A DNA stretch of 64,000 nucleotides from Eledone cirrhosa (taxonomy: Eukaryota). A program made the position numbers and the translations under genes. Each line of letters begins with the position of its first letter. The stretch's first letter is position 1. The notes under the pieces were generated by a model, which did no database searches, was not told where the DNA came from, and saw only the letters and a list, made by a program, of their open reading frames with translations. Shown here in pieces: positions 26,664 to 42,299 of this stretch. The stretch is from contig OZ024745.1 in assembly GCA_964016885.1 (NCBI GenBank), forward strand, positions 56,606,001 to 56,670,000. Reading direction: 5' to 3'.

Positions 26664-27190
26664 ATAATTGTCTCTACTTTAGGCACAAGGCCAGCAATTA
26701 CCCAGTGCATTACTGGTACTTTATTTTATCGACCCCATAAGGATGAAGGGCAAAGTCAACCTCGGCGGGATTTGAACTCAGATCGTAAAGGGACGTAACT
26801 ATGCTGGAAAGCATGGCGTCCGACCCTCTACTGATACTGCCAATCCACCGCCCTAGTATGGAATAAATAATAATTACATATATGCGACACTCGAGTGCTT
26901 TTACATATAAGGATATTATTGGTTTGACATAACCTTCGATAAGTTGGGAAATGTAGGGATATAATAATTGTTTCTACTTTTGGCACAAGGCCAGCAACTA
27001 GCCAGTGCATTACTGGTACTTTATTTTATCGACCCCGTAAGGATGAAAGGCAAAGTTAAACTTGGCGGATATAATAATGTAGGGATATAATAATGTAGGG
27101 ATATAATAATTGTTTCTACGTTAGGCACAAAGCCAGCAAATTATCCAGTGCATTACTGGTATTTTGTTTTATCGACCCCGTAAGGATGAA
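26664..27190 (-). mobile_element. Cluster of three SINE family A copies (one full length with 16-bp TSD)
   Basis: Full copy at about 26664-26852 with A-box TGGCAGTATCAG and B-box GAGTTCAAATCCC. TSD AGTATGGAATAAATAA at 26652-26667 and 26855-26870. Confidence 0.88.
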
Positions 27191-28761
27191 TGTAGGAATA
27201 TAATAATGATTAATCAAAACAATAGAATAAAATCTTGATTTTCTAAAGGGATTCTGGACATGGGCATAAACATCGGTTAGCAATAATTTTAAAATAAGAC
27301 ATTTTTATCAGCATCTGTACAAAGGTATCTTAAAGCAGTTGCCCGCTGGCTAACGAGAATTATAAATCAGTTGTTTCATGAATATTTTAACCGAATTATC
27401 CTTTAGAAAATTGGTCTACAAAATACCAAGATACCAGCGTGACGTCTTAGTTGGCTCGAACGAGTAAATATGTTAATAAATACCATGTAGATTTCTGTGA
27501 CAAGCTGCAGCATAATTTTTAAACTGATTAACATTTTTTCATTTATATATCTTTAATAGAAAAATCATGTAAACTAAAGCTTGATTTACTTTTGAACATA
27601 GTTTAAATACGTAGTTTTATCTATTTTATTCATTCACGTAGTGTTGATCTCTGCATGTATGTTAGGCGAAGACATTGACATGAGTGTGTTACTATTTTCG
27701 TGTCCTTCCAGAAAATGTTTTTCCTATACATATATTATAAAAAAATAAAGTGAGGAATTGACATTTTTTCAAATAATATTTCTATGTTTTCTTGATGCAT
27801 TAAGTGTGAACAAACATGAGTTATTTTAATCCAATGTTTGCAAGAAGCCATACACATGTAATTGGTTCATACATATTTGTCGTATGCTTTAAGGGTTTTA
27901 CCTGACAACCTTTAGATGCAAGCATGCATGTGGATTGTATAATAGTATTCATATAGCCTTTATTTTTAACTTTTGAACAACTCGAGAATCTATAGTGTAT
28001 TAGAATGTCATTGTATAAAACTAAAATCTTACTAAACGGAGAAAAAAGAATAATTGAATTTAAATGTTTACCAAGGGATGTATAAATTGTATTATCTGTA
28101 ATGTTCGTAACAACACTGTAATAATATACATTTTCAAGTACAAGTATGATCGATGAAATCTTAGATTTCTCAATTTCTAAGCGAATCCTATCTATTTCCG
28201 ATTAGATTCACAGTTGCTGGTGTTATTTTAACGCTGTGTTAACTGATTACATTATAAACGTCTAAATTAATACAAGGATTCAAAAAAAATCTATCACTCC
28301 AAATAAATTGGCTATTACAGCGACCTTCATTCCAAACATTTTGACCCTGTATTTAAATTTGTCAGCCGCTAGATGAGAGGTTAATTAATCTTACATCGGA
28401 TATAACAAACTTAAATGTTCAGTGTTTCAAAATAGTCTTTATTCACCTGGACCTTCCCACCTTCAAAATGGTTGATATATTACATTTCATTCATTACCTT
28501 GGTGCACAGGCGCATTTCTTCTTTCAATAATTTAATACTAAACGAAGAGGTGTACGACACACATAGGAAAAAACTCAGAAAACCAGAAATCTGTACTAAA
28601 ACAACATAAAATGTAAATACATTCACGTTGAATATTACTCAAGTATTAACCTAAAATGTAGCAGGTTTTTCATGCTGACTATCCCTCGTAAGTATATATA
28701 TGGTTGTATACAAGGAGACAAGCTATATTTTCTCGGTACTTCTGAATGAACATAATTTGTA

Positions 28762-29248
28762 ATAATTGTTTCTACTTTTGGCACAAGGCCAGCAATCACT
28801 CTATGCTGCAAAGCATGGCTTCCGACCCAGTAACGTTACTGCTAATCCACCACCATGATTTTAATAATTGTTTCTACTTTTGGCAAAAGGCCAGCACTTA
28901 TCCCAGTGCACTACTGGTGCTTTATTTTATCGATCTCGTAAGGATGAAAGGCAAAGTTAACCTCGGAGGGATTTGAACTCAGACTAGAAAGGGACGTAAC
29001 TAAGTTGCAAAGCATGGCGTCCGACACTCTACCGATACTGCCAATCCACCGCATGATTTGTAATAATTGTTTCTACTTTTGGCACAAGGCAAGCAAATAA
29101 TCAGTACATTACTGGTACTTTAATTTATCGACCCCGTAAGGATGAAAGGCAGAGTTGACCTCGGTGGGATTTGAACTCAGAATGGAAAGGGCCGTAACTC
29201 TATGCGTCAAAGCATGACGTCCGACCCTCTACCGATACTGCCAATCCA
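28762..29248 (-). mobile_element. Head-to-tail array of three SINE family A copies
   Basis: Three copies, each preceded by a variant of ATGATTTGTAATAAT. The first copy is internally deleted. Confidence 0.88.
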
Positions 29249-29832
29249 TGCCAAATCAACTGAAATAGTTTGTCTTCCTCTCTAGTATTCGTGACAGAAA
29301 TATATGCGGCAATGTAACGTCATGTCATGCTATGGCTAATTCTCATATTATTGTAAAGAACGTACCTTCCTATTTTCAGGCAGTTGAACATTCATATTTG
29401 CTTCAGTTTATGCTGATGTCATACTTTTTAACATGTATAAAAAGGAACATTTCCTAGTCGGTGTCGGATGACATGTTGTTCTGTGTATTGGACGTTTTTG
29501 TTTCAAACTCTGCTCTCAGATACAAGTGAAAGGTTTAGTAAAACTGCGATCCATAGCATAAGTCATACAAATATTCCTAACGACACAATATAGAAGAGAC
29601 ATTGGACGAGGATATAATGAATTAATGAAAAACAATCTCAGCGAAATAATTATGCATTTATTATACAACAACAATATTTTTTATTCATTTGAAGTTTAGA
29701 AACATCAAAAACTATATTTTTCAAGTAACAATTTGCTCTGACTTACATAAAAAAAAACAAAAATAGACAAAATATTTCAAACATATAATCTTTTCAATTT
29801 CTACAAGCTGCATTATATACATATACACATGA

Positions 29833-29923
<91 letters not shown>

Positions 29924-29971
29924 CGTACATACATATATATATATACAGACACATACATATATATGTGTGTG

Positions 29972-30002
<31 letters not shown>

Positions 30003-30304
30003 GGTTAGGTAACTAAAATTAGAAAAAAAATCTTGACACATGATGAAACTTGTTTTGAGAACGATTTCAAGCTGCAAAATCTCTTCTAAATCCCAAACAA
30101 TGTTAATTTCGTTTTTTCATTTCATGTAATATTTTAATCGTCCTACTTTTATTGTTTATTTTATCAATATAACTTTTTTCCCGTTTTAATATATGTTAGA
30201 ATATTCTCTAAATATGCAATGTTTTATGAAAAAAATTACCAGCAATATACAGGTAAATGCTTGTGATTTTGAAGCTTAACCGCTTGATGCTGCTGCCACA
30301 CAAT

Positions 30305-30970
<666 letters not shown>

Positions 30971-31825
30971 GGACTTGTATTCAATTTAGCGAATAAAGTT
31001 TGTGGATGTTGTTTAACAAATGATATTTTCTCCTGTAAAAGAGAAAAAACAGTCAAGCAATAATTATAATGACAGGATAGCAAAAGTTTGTTTAAGATAT
31101 GTGAAAACATTTAAATGAGGTGTGTGTAATTCTTTTCCATACAGAATCATGTATTTAAATTTTTACAATATAAGGATGATTGAAATAGTTGCATTTCAAT
31201 TATCGTTAGATAACAGGCTTTCACAGACTCAGTTTGATGATTAACAGGGATAGAAGATATACTTCAATAAGACTTGTAGTTTTCTTTTATATCTATTTTT
31301 TTTTTGTTTCTCACAAAGAAACATTTTAAATAATTAAATTTTCGTTATTATTTAACATAACAGATGGAAAAAATAAATAATTACTATGTTTTATTCACCA
31401 TAAAAAAGCTGATGTCAATATCGTCTTATTTCTAATATCTATTTTTTTTTATTTTGACCGCCATTGCTATTAGATTAAACAACAACACACCATATTGAAT
31501 GAATTATAACTTGATAAAATTTTGATAACGCATTTCAATTTTACCGTTTAGATAGAACATTTACACATTTGTCTCTGGAATAAAATGTTAATAATAATAA
31601 TATTAATAATATTAATAATAATAATAATATTATTATTATCATCATCATCATCATTATTATTATGGTTGCTGTTTGTACTGTTATTATTCGTATTAGAATT
31701 ATTATTAATATCAGTAGTAGTTCTTTTGGTAGTAATAATAAACGTAATTACATACAGTTTCATCACATGAGGTACAAGTTACCTGTATGATTGTACACGC
31801 ACAGAAACATGCACATACACAAACA

Positions 31826-31917
<92 letters not shown>

Positions 31918-32657
31918 TATATATACGTATATATGTGTGTGTGTATGTGAGTGTGCGTTTGTGTGTGTATGGGTGTGCGTGCGTGTGTGTGTTATGAGTG
32001 TGTATATATGTATGTAGTTCGCGTTCATATGAAAGTATGATTCCATGTGCATGAATATGTTTATATTTAAATCAATTTTTTTTTATCGTTCACAATGCAA
32101 GTAAAACTGTGATACTTGGAGAAATATATCAGATTTCATTGAATACAAATGTAAGTCCACTCGTCATACATCATACATGAAATAATGATAAGGTTATTCA
32201 AATGAATATGGAAAACAAATTGCTTCAAAGATATATAAATAAATGAAAGTTGTAACATATATTCCAATTGTGAAAGTTCTTCAGTGTAATTAAAATTCTT
32301 GTGAGTGGAATTAAACATTTAGAAAAAGAACATGACACGACGGGAGTTAAAATTCTCACAGTTCAGGGTTTTTTCATGTATATATTAATATTGCCAATAT
32401 TTTCAAATAATCTGAAGGTAAAATAGCAGGTTGGTCTTCATGAACTGGCATTCACATACAATAACTTTCATTTAACAGAAAATAACAGAAAGTTGAAGCT
32501 CTACCAAATTATAATTTGAATCAAAATTAGATTCTATCAACAGCTGAAATAATTGTGCGTTTCATACTTATGAATATACATTGAATGGCTATTTTAGAAT
32601 CATTGGCCTGCAGTTTAAATTCTCTTTCAGAAAGCTTACATAGATTGGAAAGTGTAT

Positions 32658-32702
<45 letters not shown>

Positions 32703-32721
32703 ATATATATAGGGAAAAGAG

Positions 32722-32864
32722 TCAGGACCCGGACGGCTGAGCTCCGGCCGTTTCGGCAGCTAGTTCTGAACTGATTTTTTTTTCTATTACCCGCTCTACT
32801 ACCCAAAGCATCGAGTACTCTGGTGCGTTATGGTCCACCTGGTTCCTTACCACACTTCTTTCGT

Positions 32865-32865
<1 letters not shown>
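32722..32865. mobile_element. Penelope-like fragment family P1 with its two segments in inverted relative orientation
   Basis: Segment B (GACGGCTGAGCTCCGGCCGTTTCG) is on + and segment A (GTGGTAAGGAACCAGGTGGACC) is on -. Flanked by (TA)n. Confidence 0.6.
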
Positions 32866-32899
<34 letters not shown>

Positions 32900-33435
32900 T
32901 GTAGTGATAGGTAGGTGAAGATATCCATGATATAGATGTCCGTAGGGCTTGTGTGAATATAATTATCGAAGTCAGTTAATACTACGTCGCCATGCCAAGT
33001 ACGTACATTTCGTTAGCCCTAAAGACCATCTTATTCATCTTTCCCGAAGAAAAAGACCTTTTCATTCTCATCGGCACAGGTCGAACAATTTGGTCTCCAG
33101 AGTAAACGTATGCACCTGCTATGCCACCGTTCTACAACTCCTTAAATATATATATATATATATATATATAAAATTGGTGCGAGATGCTTAAAGTGTCAGT
33201 ATGCGGTAGGCCGTTTCAGCACTCGATGCTCTTACAGAGCAGAGAAGAATCGAGACGTATCTGAGGATCTTGCGATTTCAGAGTCAGGTTCGATCATCGC
33301 ATCGATCGTGCCTCTAGCTGGTCGCCAGAAAAACGATTGTAATATGTCTAATAAATTTTAATTCGTTGCCCCACTGATTCTCCGTTTCTTATGTGATATA
33401 TATATATATATATATGTATGTGTGTATGCGTGTGT

Positions 33436-33485
<50 letters not shown>

Positions 33486-34249
33486 ACACAGCAATATATT
33501 TATATATATATAGCTGTAGTAATATCCTAGCGTGGTAGGGTGAATCTGTCTATTTATATGTCTGTCTATCTCTACCCCATTGTCTCTCTCTCTCTCTCCC
33601 TCTCCCTCTCCACCATTTCCCTCTCTCTCTCTATATATAAAGACATACATAGAGAGAGAGAGAGAGAGGGAGAGAGCGAGAGGGAGTGCGAGAGAGAGAG
33701 AGAGAGGCGGAGAGAGTGGGTGAGAGAGAGGTTTTCTGCGATGTTGGAAACCGGGGATAAAAGAAATCATATAGTTTCCCAATTATGTTAACAAGGAAGA
33801 AAGAATTCTAGTTTTGTAGAAGATATTTCTATGTGAATTAGATTTCGTAATTTCTCTACTTAATGTATTGTGCAAGTTATTTAACTGTGGACTCATTCCA
33901 ACACACTGCGCTAAGCTGTTTTATCTATCAGTATCTATATATCTAACTATCTATATTTCTATCTATCTATCAATCTATCTATCTACCAATGAATCTATCT
34001 ATCCATCTACTGTATAGATAGTTTGTGAGAGAAAGAGAAAGAAGTGTGTGAGAGAAAGAGTGTGCGAGAGAGAGAAATGGAGAGTGAGAGGGAGAGTGAT
34101 ATTGCTTGCAATTTACTCACTAAAACAGGATATATCATTTTCTGCAACGTGAATTTTTCTGCGTTTCAAACAGGTGATAGAAGAACCACACATTATTCTT
34201 TATAGATATTCTCAATCAAATGTCGACGTTCTGATAGAGATTCTGCAGA

Positions 34250-34830
34250 TCAATAAAAATCAACTAGTTACTTTTTCCAGTGAGCTTTCTGGCCAGAGCC
34301 CATGTATAACTTCCAAAAATCTCTAGCGTAGTAGTGCTATCAAAGTGCTTTGCCAGTTGAAGATAAACTCTACAGGCATGGAATTGCCGTCAGCCGGTCT
34401 TGTCCGAGATACGTGCAGGGCAACGAAACTATGCATGCACTCATGGAGTGTTGGTGCATTGCTGACATGTGGATTTACGTCAAACAACTGCTATCACGTG
34501 TAGGACGGATCCGAATATCAACTGAGTCCACTATGAATATCACCCCGACACCTTCCTTTGGCGGGAAAGGATAGGCAAATGTATCTGCCTGGTGGCCATG
34601 GCAAAAGAGGTCATGTTGTTGACGCATTTGAAAGATATGAAGAAAAGCATCTCCCTCTTCGGCGAAGAGATAAATCAGGTTGGAGAGAGAAATATTACCT
34701 TCCAAATAGTCTATTGAAAGGTGGGTGAGAGAGTCGTGCCTGGTTCAAGTAAAGGGGCTTACTCTGTGTATGCGCCAGTAAACTGGAGAAGGACACCTGA
34801 AAGAGGATACCTGCTCTGGCGATCAAGGTT
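34250..34830 (+). mobile_element. Older degenerate 3' fragment of the Tx1 family
   Basis: PVEDKLYRHG.AV.R.CPR...NET.HAL..C aligns with the C-terminus of ORF 5958-7118. Confidence 0.8.
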
Positions 34831-34860
34831 GGCGTGGTTTTTAGTAGTAGCAGCAGCAGC

Positions 34861-34922
<62 letters not shown>

Positions 34923-35159
34923 GACGAGGAGGAGGAGGAGGAGGAGGATGAGGAGGAGGATTGTTATTATTGATGTTGATGTCGTTGTAAACCATTTTGA
35001 TTGGTGAACATATGTTTTTTTAAATTATTATTGATATTATATGAGCCCTTATTGAAGAAATTATTTCCATTATGATGAAAGCAAATAATATCGGCGTAAT
35101 GACTTCCGTCATATATTTTGGTTAGAAGGTTATGTAGTGATATAATTAACAACAAGTTA

Positions 35160-35392
35160 TTTAATTATTTATTTCCCGTTGCTCCAGTCAACTCAGCTGG
35201 AAAATATGAGTTGTAAGTGTAGTTCGAAGTATCAGCCTTGTCACACTGTGTCACACTGAATCTCCCTCAGAACTACTTAACGGGTACGCGTGTCTGGAAT
35301 GCTGAGTCACTTACACGTTAATTATGCGAGCAGGCTGTTCAGTTGATCGGAGCAACTATAACACTTGTCGTTGCAAACGACCGAGTGCCTCC
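35160..35392 (+). mobile_element. SINE family B, central/3' portion (tentative)
   Basis: TTTATTTCCCGTTGCTCCAGTC continues the family B core seen at 16205-16250. Confidence 0.55.
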
Positions 35393-36650
35393 ACATTTAA
35401 TGATTCTTAGTATTCCAATAGCGATGAAAATGTCTGCTCTGTTATCATTGCGAAAACTGACATTATTGTTCACAGCAAGAAATCTTGAGCTTCACACGAA
35501 TAATATTGAACATTGTGCCAGCTAATTGATAATCAATATTGAAATATATGGGATATGGGGGTTTTGGCTAGGCAAACCTTTTACAATGTCGGATTTACTT
35601 ACGTCTTATTTCGCTCCAACCTCACCCCTTGCAGATGTGAATTTTGCCTTGGATCTTCCAGGGTCATTATACTTACCTGGGAAATACAAGAGGCTACTTA
35701 AGAAACTAAACACTTCCTTCAAATTGAACATTATATTTGGTTTAATTTGCATCGGTATAAATGAGACATTTATTATTATTATTATTATTATTACTATTAT
35801 TATTGTGTTTTTTTGTTGTTGTTGTTGTAGTTTTTGTTGTTTCTTTATGTTCAGCTTTTCGATTAATGGAAAACCCCACTTGGCTTTCAGGGTCAATAAT
35901 ATGGTTGATACCTTTATCGTTGCCAACATGACAATCATCATCATCTTCATCAACATCAATGAAATAGGTATCATCATACAAAGATCATATTTTCAGAAAA
36001 GCTTTCCATTGAGAGAGGAAATTGGTTGCTGATGTTAAATACAAATTCGTATCGATATAGATGCAAAATACGAAACAAATACATCTTCATAATATCTTCT
36101 TTCATTTATTTACTTTTGCTCAAGATTGTCACCTTCTATGTATATCAGAGGGCCTGACGGCTGTCCAACTATCACCGCATGAAAGCATCCACAAGAAACG
36201 AGGCAAGCTAAATCAGAGGGAAATATTTTGCTGTAAGGAAAATAATATAAGATATCAGAAATATTCATCTTGTTTAAATGTTCGTGTGAATTGCTTAATG
36301 TATTGCCCAGTTGATTCTAGGATATTTGAGGAAGTATCCAAGTATATAAACTTGAAAGAGTAATATCAAACACGAGGAAAATAGAGGAAAGTAGAACATG
36401 TACAAATATGAATTAACTACAAGCCTTCCACGTAAAACAATGAAGAGCATTGAAGATTGACCTGCTAAAACATTGCATATTGCATTGGAGATCATAGGAA
36501 GATTCCATTTCCTGCGTGGCGTGTAAAAAATAATATAAAAAGAAATGGATTACAATCATTTTATGATTTACTTAATATTTTAAACAACAAAAACAACAAA
36601 ACAATAACAACAACAAAATAATGAACAACAACAACAACAACAACATCACC

Positions 36651-36698
<48 letters not shown>

Positions 36699-36883
36699 TG
36701 TTTCTATTTTTAGGCACAAGGCCAGCAATTCACCAGTACATTACTGGTACTTTATTTTATCGACCCCGTAAGGATGAAAGGCAAAGTTAACCTCGGCGGG
36801 ATTTGAACTCAGATCATAAAGGGACGTAACTCTATGCTTCAAAGCATGGTCTCCGACTCTCTACCGATACTGCCAATCCACCG
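36651..36883 (-). mobile_element. Full-length SINE family A within an (AAT)n tract
   Basis: A/B boxes and central block present. (AAT)n on both sides. Confidence 0.88.
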
Positions 36884-36886
36884 TGC

Positions 36887-36934
<48 letters not shown>

Positions 36935-37628
36935 TATAAAACATAAAAACAACAATAACAAAAGTAAAGATGTCTAAGTTAGGCATAAAACCACAGACGT
37001 CTGTAGGATAAAACAGTCCAATTTGTCTTGTCGTTATGTGACAGATGCTATATACTCTCCGCAATGATATTAATTTCTCAGTTAGGCACAATGCAAAAAT
37101 AAAAAAAATTAAAAAATTAAAAAACTATTACATCGAACCAAGCACGTAGATCGTGCCTTAATTTTTGAACACATTATCGAAATACGAGAAAACATTTCGT
37201 TTATCGATTTCCCCATCCACATCTTTAACAATAATGGTAATATCAATAATAAATATTATGTTGTAATGATGTAAATAATAATTGTAATACATAATTACGG
37301 TGCAAAAAGAAGTAAGTATAATTACGTTTAGTATTTTACGTTAATTGTGATGATCCTGATGACTAAAAGGGAAGAGATTGTTCCTAACTTTCGATGAGTT
37401 TATATATTTCCAAGTAGAGATAATGAATTTATTTGTTTCGCTGGTTCATGGACTCTATATAGTTTTATACAACAGAACAATGAAAGGCACCATCATACTC
37501 AATGGTAAGTGTTGTCAGAACAGAGAGCAGTGTACAAACAATTCCTAATATCATTATGTGTCATCAGAAACGACTTATCACAATTATCTCATCATTTTAT
37601 TCTTGTTGTTGTGGTTATTATTAATGTA

Positions 37629-37629
<1 letters not shown>

Positions 37630-37677
<48 letters not shown>

Positions 37678-37742
37678 GTATTATTATTAATAATGTTGTT
37701 GTTGTTGTATTATTAACATCATCATCATCATCATCATCATCA

Positions 37743-37790
<48 letters not shown>

Positions 37791-37791
37791 G

Positions 37792-37831
<40 letters not shown>

Positions 37832-37865
37832 ATAATAATAATAATACTACTACTACTACAACTAC
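37630..37865. repeat. Compound trinucleotide microsatellite (ATT/GTT/CAT/TAC/AAT)n
   Basis: Read directly. Confidence 0.9.
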
Positions 37866-38292
37866 TGGAATCTTCCTTGTGGTTGGTTGAATATTGGATT
37901 TAGTTGTTTTTAAAAAAACATAACCCATATATATTATTAGACATTACATTACGTAATAAAAATAGAATACATTTCAATGATATATTATGAAGTATTTTTG
38001 TTTCACTCTACAAAAAAAGTATGAGAAAATATACAATAACGGTTTCATCTACAAATACAGGCAAGTATGAATGTTAAAATGTAATATTCATGATACCCAA
38101 TCTAAAATTTGAAATTTGGGCCAACCGAAAAACGGGACGTATATGTGAGTATGTTTACTGGTGAATACATTGACACTCATACGCATGCACACACACGCGC
38201 GCACACAAGTGCAAACACAAACAAACAATTAAATAAGTATGAATCAATAACGCATTGATATCATTCCATAGACATGTTTCAGTTTAAATAAT

Positions 38293-38386
<94 letters not shown>

Positions 38387-39546
38387 ACTTTCTACACCGG
38401 TAGATTTCTAAAGAATAGCAGCGGAATATGCACTTCGAGACTATTATTCACATTGAAATAAAGGTCTGTTCATTTCATGATGTTCAAAACTGAGAGATTG
38501 TTCGACGTCGAGCTATGACGCAACATCTGCACGTACATATTTGAATCAACTATTATGTTAATCCACGTACACGTTTTATCGCTCTGATTAACAGAGCTGA
38601 GAGAACGAGAGAAGCAAATAATTTTATACGCATATTTTCATTCCGACATATTTCACATATGAATTTTACCTATTATTATATATTTATCTTAAAATGAATA
38701 GTTGGCGTTTGAAGACAGATCCTTTAATCCTAATCCTTTAGATTAGAAAATCTGAATGGAAAAGAACTATTTCTGTTAAAGTCACAAGTCATTGAAAAAA
38801 AGTAATGAATACTTTTTATATAAGATATCGAGTACATTCTGTTAAATGTGAATCATTTCTATTCCATAATCAAACAATATATATCAATGTATAAATATAT
38901 ATATATATGCATGTATGTGTAGTAATCGAGATCTATCTAACGCATCAAACAGTTAAACTACAAATCATAAATGCATGCATTCGTTTGCATTCATCGTTAT
39001 AAATCTTTAATAGTTCTAAGAACTGTGTTATATTAGTATGCATATATGTCAATGAAAGAGATGAACCAGCAAAAGTAATATATGTAACTGTTTATTTTGT
39101 ACAAAGTACAAGGAGAGGTGTATATATCACATTCTTATTGTTTTGTACTAAGTACAATGCTAATTATCACATTCATATTAATCCACGTTGGATACTCTGA
39201 ACATTACACACGAAATATTGTAGAAACTGACAAAAATGGTAAATATGGAAATTATAAGTTAAAAACAAATTTTGAAAAAAATGTTAAACATGAGAAAAAT
39301 CAAACAAAACATTCCGGTGGTTTACATGAAATCCAAATCTTAGTAAATTCTTTTCTGTATAGATAAATTCATTCTATGTACAGATTTACACGAACAAATA
39401 TTAAATGTTTGCATATAACTCATTCACGGTCACTTAGATACACAAAAACACCGAAACAGCCATCTCTATTCTAACCCCCACGCAAAGAAAGACCAGTATA
39501 TGTATGCAGTTGCATATATGTATTAACAATATATGCATATGTATAG

Positions 39547-39609
<63 letters not shown>

Positions 39610-39660
39610 CGTGTGTGTATGTGTGTATGTGTGTGTATGATTGTGTGTGGGGTATGTGTG

Positions 39661-39731
<71 letters not shown>

Positions 39732-39957
39732 TATGAAGATACATTTAGATATAATTAGTAATAAAATGTATCATACCCCATATCTTCTACGGCCTCCATA
39801 TAAATACCCCCTCCGCCTCCGTGGTATTTTCTTCGGGGTTATAAGAGGCTTAGCTCTGTTTCTCGACCGTTATATCGCGTGACTATCTCCCCCTCCGCCT
39901 TTTGGGATTCTTTCTCACGTCGTGTAGACGCGTTCTTGAGACTAGTAAAATGAGGTA

Positions 39958-40047
39958 TCCTCTTGATAAGTCGGCAGACCTCGCAAGGACTCTATATCTT
40001 TATGATATATTGTTTTTGTTTATGCCACGAAACTACGTAGTCGAGGA
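39958..40047 (+). ncRNA. Complete type I hammerhead ribozyme motif with U3-A8 core variant
   Basis: TCCTC-TTGATAA-GT(c)GGCA...TGCCAC-GAA-ACTA cg TAGT-C-GAGGA. Stem I is 5/5, G10.1-C11.1 is present, stem III is palindromic, GUC at 40040-40042. Confidence 0.72.
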
Positions 40048-40288
40048 ATTTAGGAGCAGTTTGGGTATGATACATTTTATTACTAATTATATCTAAATGT
40101 TTCTTCTCTCTTCATAATGTATTTTTAACTCTGATACTGGTTCAGTCTAGTTCAACTGAATTGGTCTGTCCCAGTCATTCATTGAGCAACATCGGTGAAG
40201 TTGGCACCCTTAACTGACAGTTGGGTGCGGATGCATTCATGTATATATGTGTGTGTCCGCATGTATCTGTGTGTTTCTAAATATATTG

Positions 40289-40326
<38 letters not shown>

Positions 40327-40362
40327 GTGTACATATATATGTATATATATGTGTATATGTAC

Positions 40363-40463
<101 letters not shown>

Positions 40464-40699
40464 ATACATATCTGGCCGTAGGCATGGATGATTGGTTGAC
40501 ATGTTTGCCCCTCAATGATGTCGTTTGCATTCGCTGCAAATCATGCAATTATCATCGACACCAACCGCAGACTGTTCAATACTTTGTGAACAGAATATGC
40601 AAAAGTGAAACTACTGGACGTGTGTCCTTGTCCGATTTTAGAGTTTGTCTGTGTTTCTATTTATGTCTCGTAAACATACGCACACACAAACACATACAC

Positions 40700-40867
<168 letters not shown>

Positions 40868-40980
40868 TATATGTGTGTGTGTGTACACATATATATATAC
40901 ACTATCAATTAATTACACAAGCACACATATATTGATCTATATACATATATACATATGTACACACACATATATATATGTAT

Positions 40981-41011
<31 letters not shown>

Positions 41012-41140
41012 GTGTGTACATATATATATATATACACTATCAATTAATTACACAACCACACATATATTGATCTATATACATATATACATAAGTACATATA
41101 TATATATATATATTATATATATACATAGAATACATATATA

Positions 41141-41173
<33 letters not shown>

Positions 41174-41208
41174 TATATACACATACATACATTATATATA
41201 TATATGTA

Positions 41209-41255
<47 letters not shown>

Positions 41256-41681
41256 CATATTTATATTAAATATATACATGTATATGTGGTTTTTCTTTTT
41301 TTTTTCAAAATATTTTAAAACCAATGATGATATCCAGCCGTGAAATCAGCTATTGTTCTCTTCCCACCATCTCATTAGAGCGATCGTAGTTTCGTATCAT
41401 ATTTCATCTTCAGAAACAATCTTGTAACACACAAAAATAAAAATGAAGAGGTTGTGTTAATCTTATATTATATCTGTATACATATTGAAAAGCATACCAA
41501 AAATCCTTATTTTATTTATCACTGCCTGGTGCCTGTTACAATATGTACAAACATGCATACATACACACATATATATACCTGCTTACATACATACATATAT
41601 ACATACATATACACATACATACATGCATACATACATTACATACATAAATAAATACACACACACACAACTCTCTCAATACAC

Positions 41682-41723
<42 letters not shown>

Positions 41724-42001
41724 TATATATATTATATAATATATATATATATATATATATACATTGGTTATTTGGTTATGCGATGTTTGATACAGTTTAA
41801 CAAGTCTGACCAGCCGGTAGATGCTGAAGACGGGTATATAGCACACATATTAACCTTGAGTCAATCATCTGTGTAACGTTCGTAACAGGCATTAATCAAT
41901 AACACCGTTCATGTGTAGCTTGGCCATATATCTATATTTATATCTCTCTCTATATATATAATGTGTGTGTGGTGTATGTATGTATGTACGTTACGTATGT
42001 A

Positions 42002-42057
<56 letters not shown>

Positions 42058-42247
42058 ATATACCTACAAATATGTTCCCATAAATGGAGAACCACTAGTT
42101 TTATCATTCTACCTTCGTATGTTTTAATGGTGCCTTCCGCCGTAAATCCGAGGAAATATTGTTTCCAGATTCATACGTGAATATCTTTTGACACAGTCAC
42201 TGTTGCAATGTAGAGTATGGCCGAGGGACTTCGCATCGGATTGACAA

Positions 42248-42299
<52 letters not shown>

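Noticed and set aside
26664-29248. CRISPR-like or tRNA-gene-array interpretation of the repeated blocks
   Set aside because: The repeats are ~190-bp SINE copies with TSDs and tails. There is no short repeat-spacer periodicity, no cas genes and no complete cloverleaf.
35526-36495. ORFs of 100-168 aa around 35.5-36.5 kb
   Set aside because: No recognisable domain and partly built from (ATT)n/(GTT)n repeats.
41381-41420. CTGAAGA...GAAACTACGATC on the minus strand (similar weak cases at about 33203-33240, 44968-44996, 45065-45125)
   Set aside because: Stems I/II do not pair or core bases are mutated, so they are not supportable as ribozymes.
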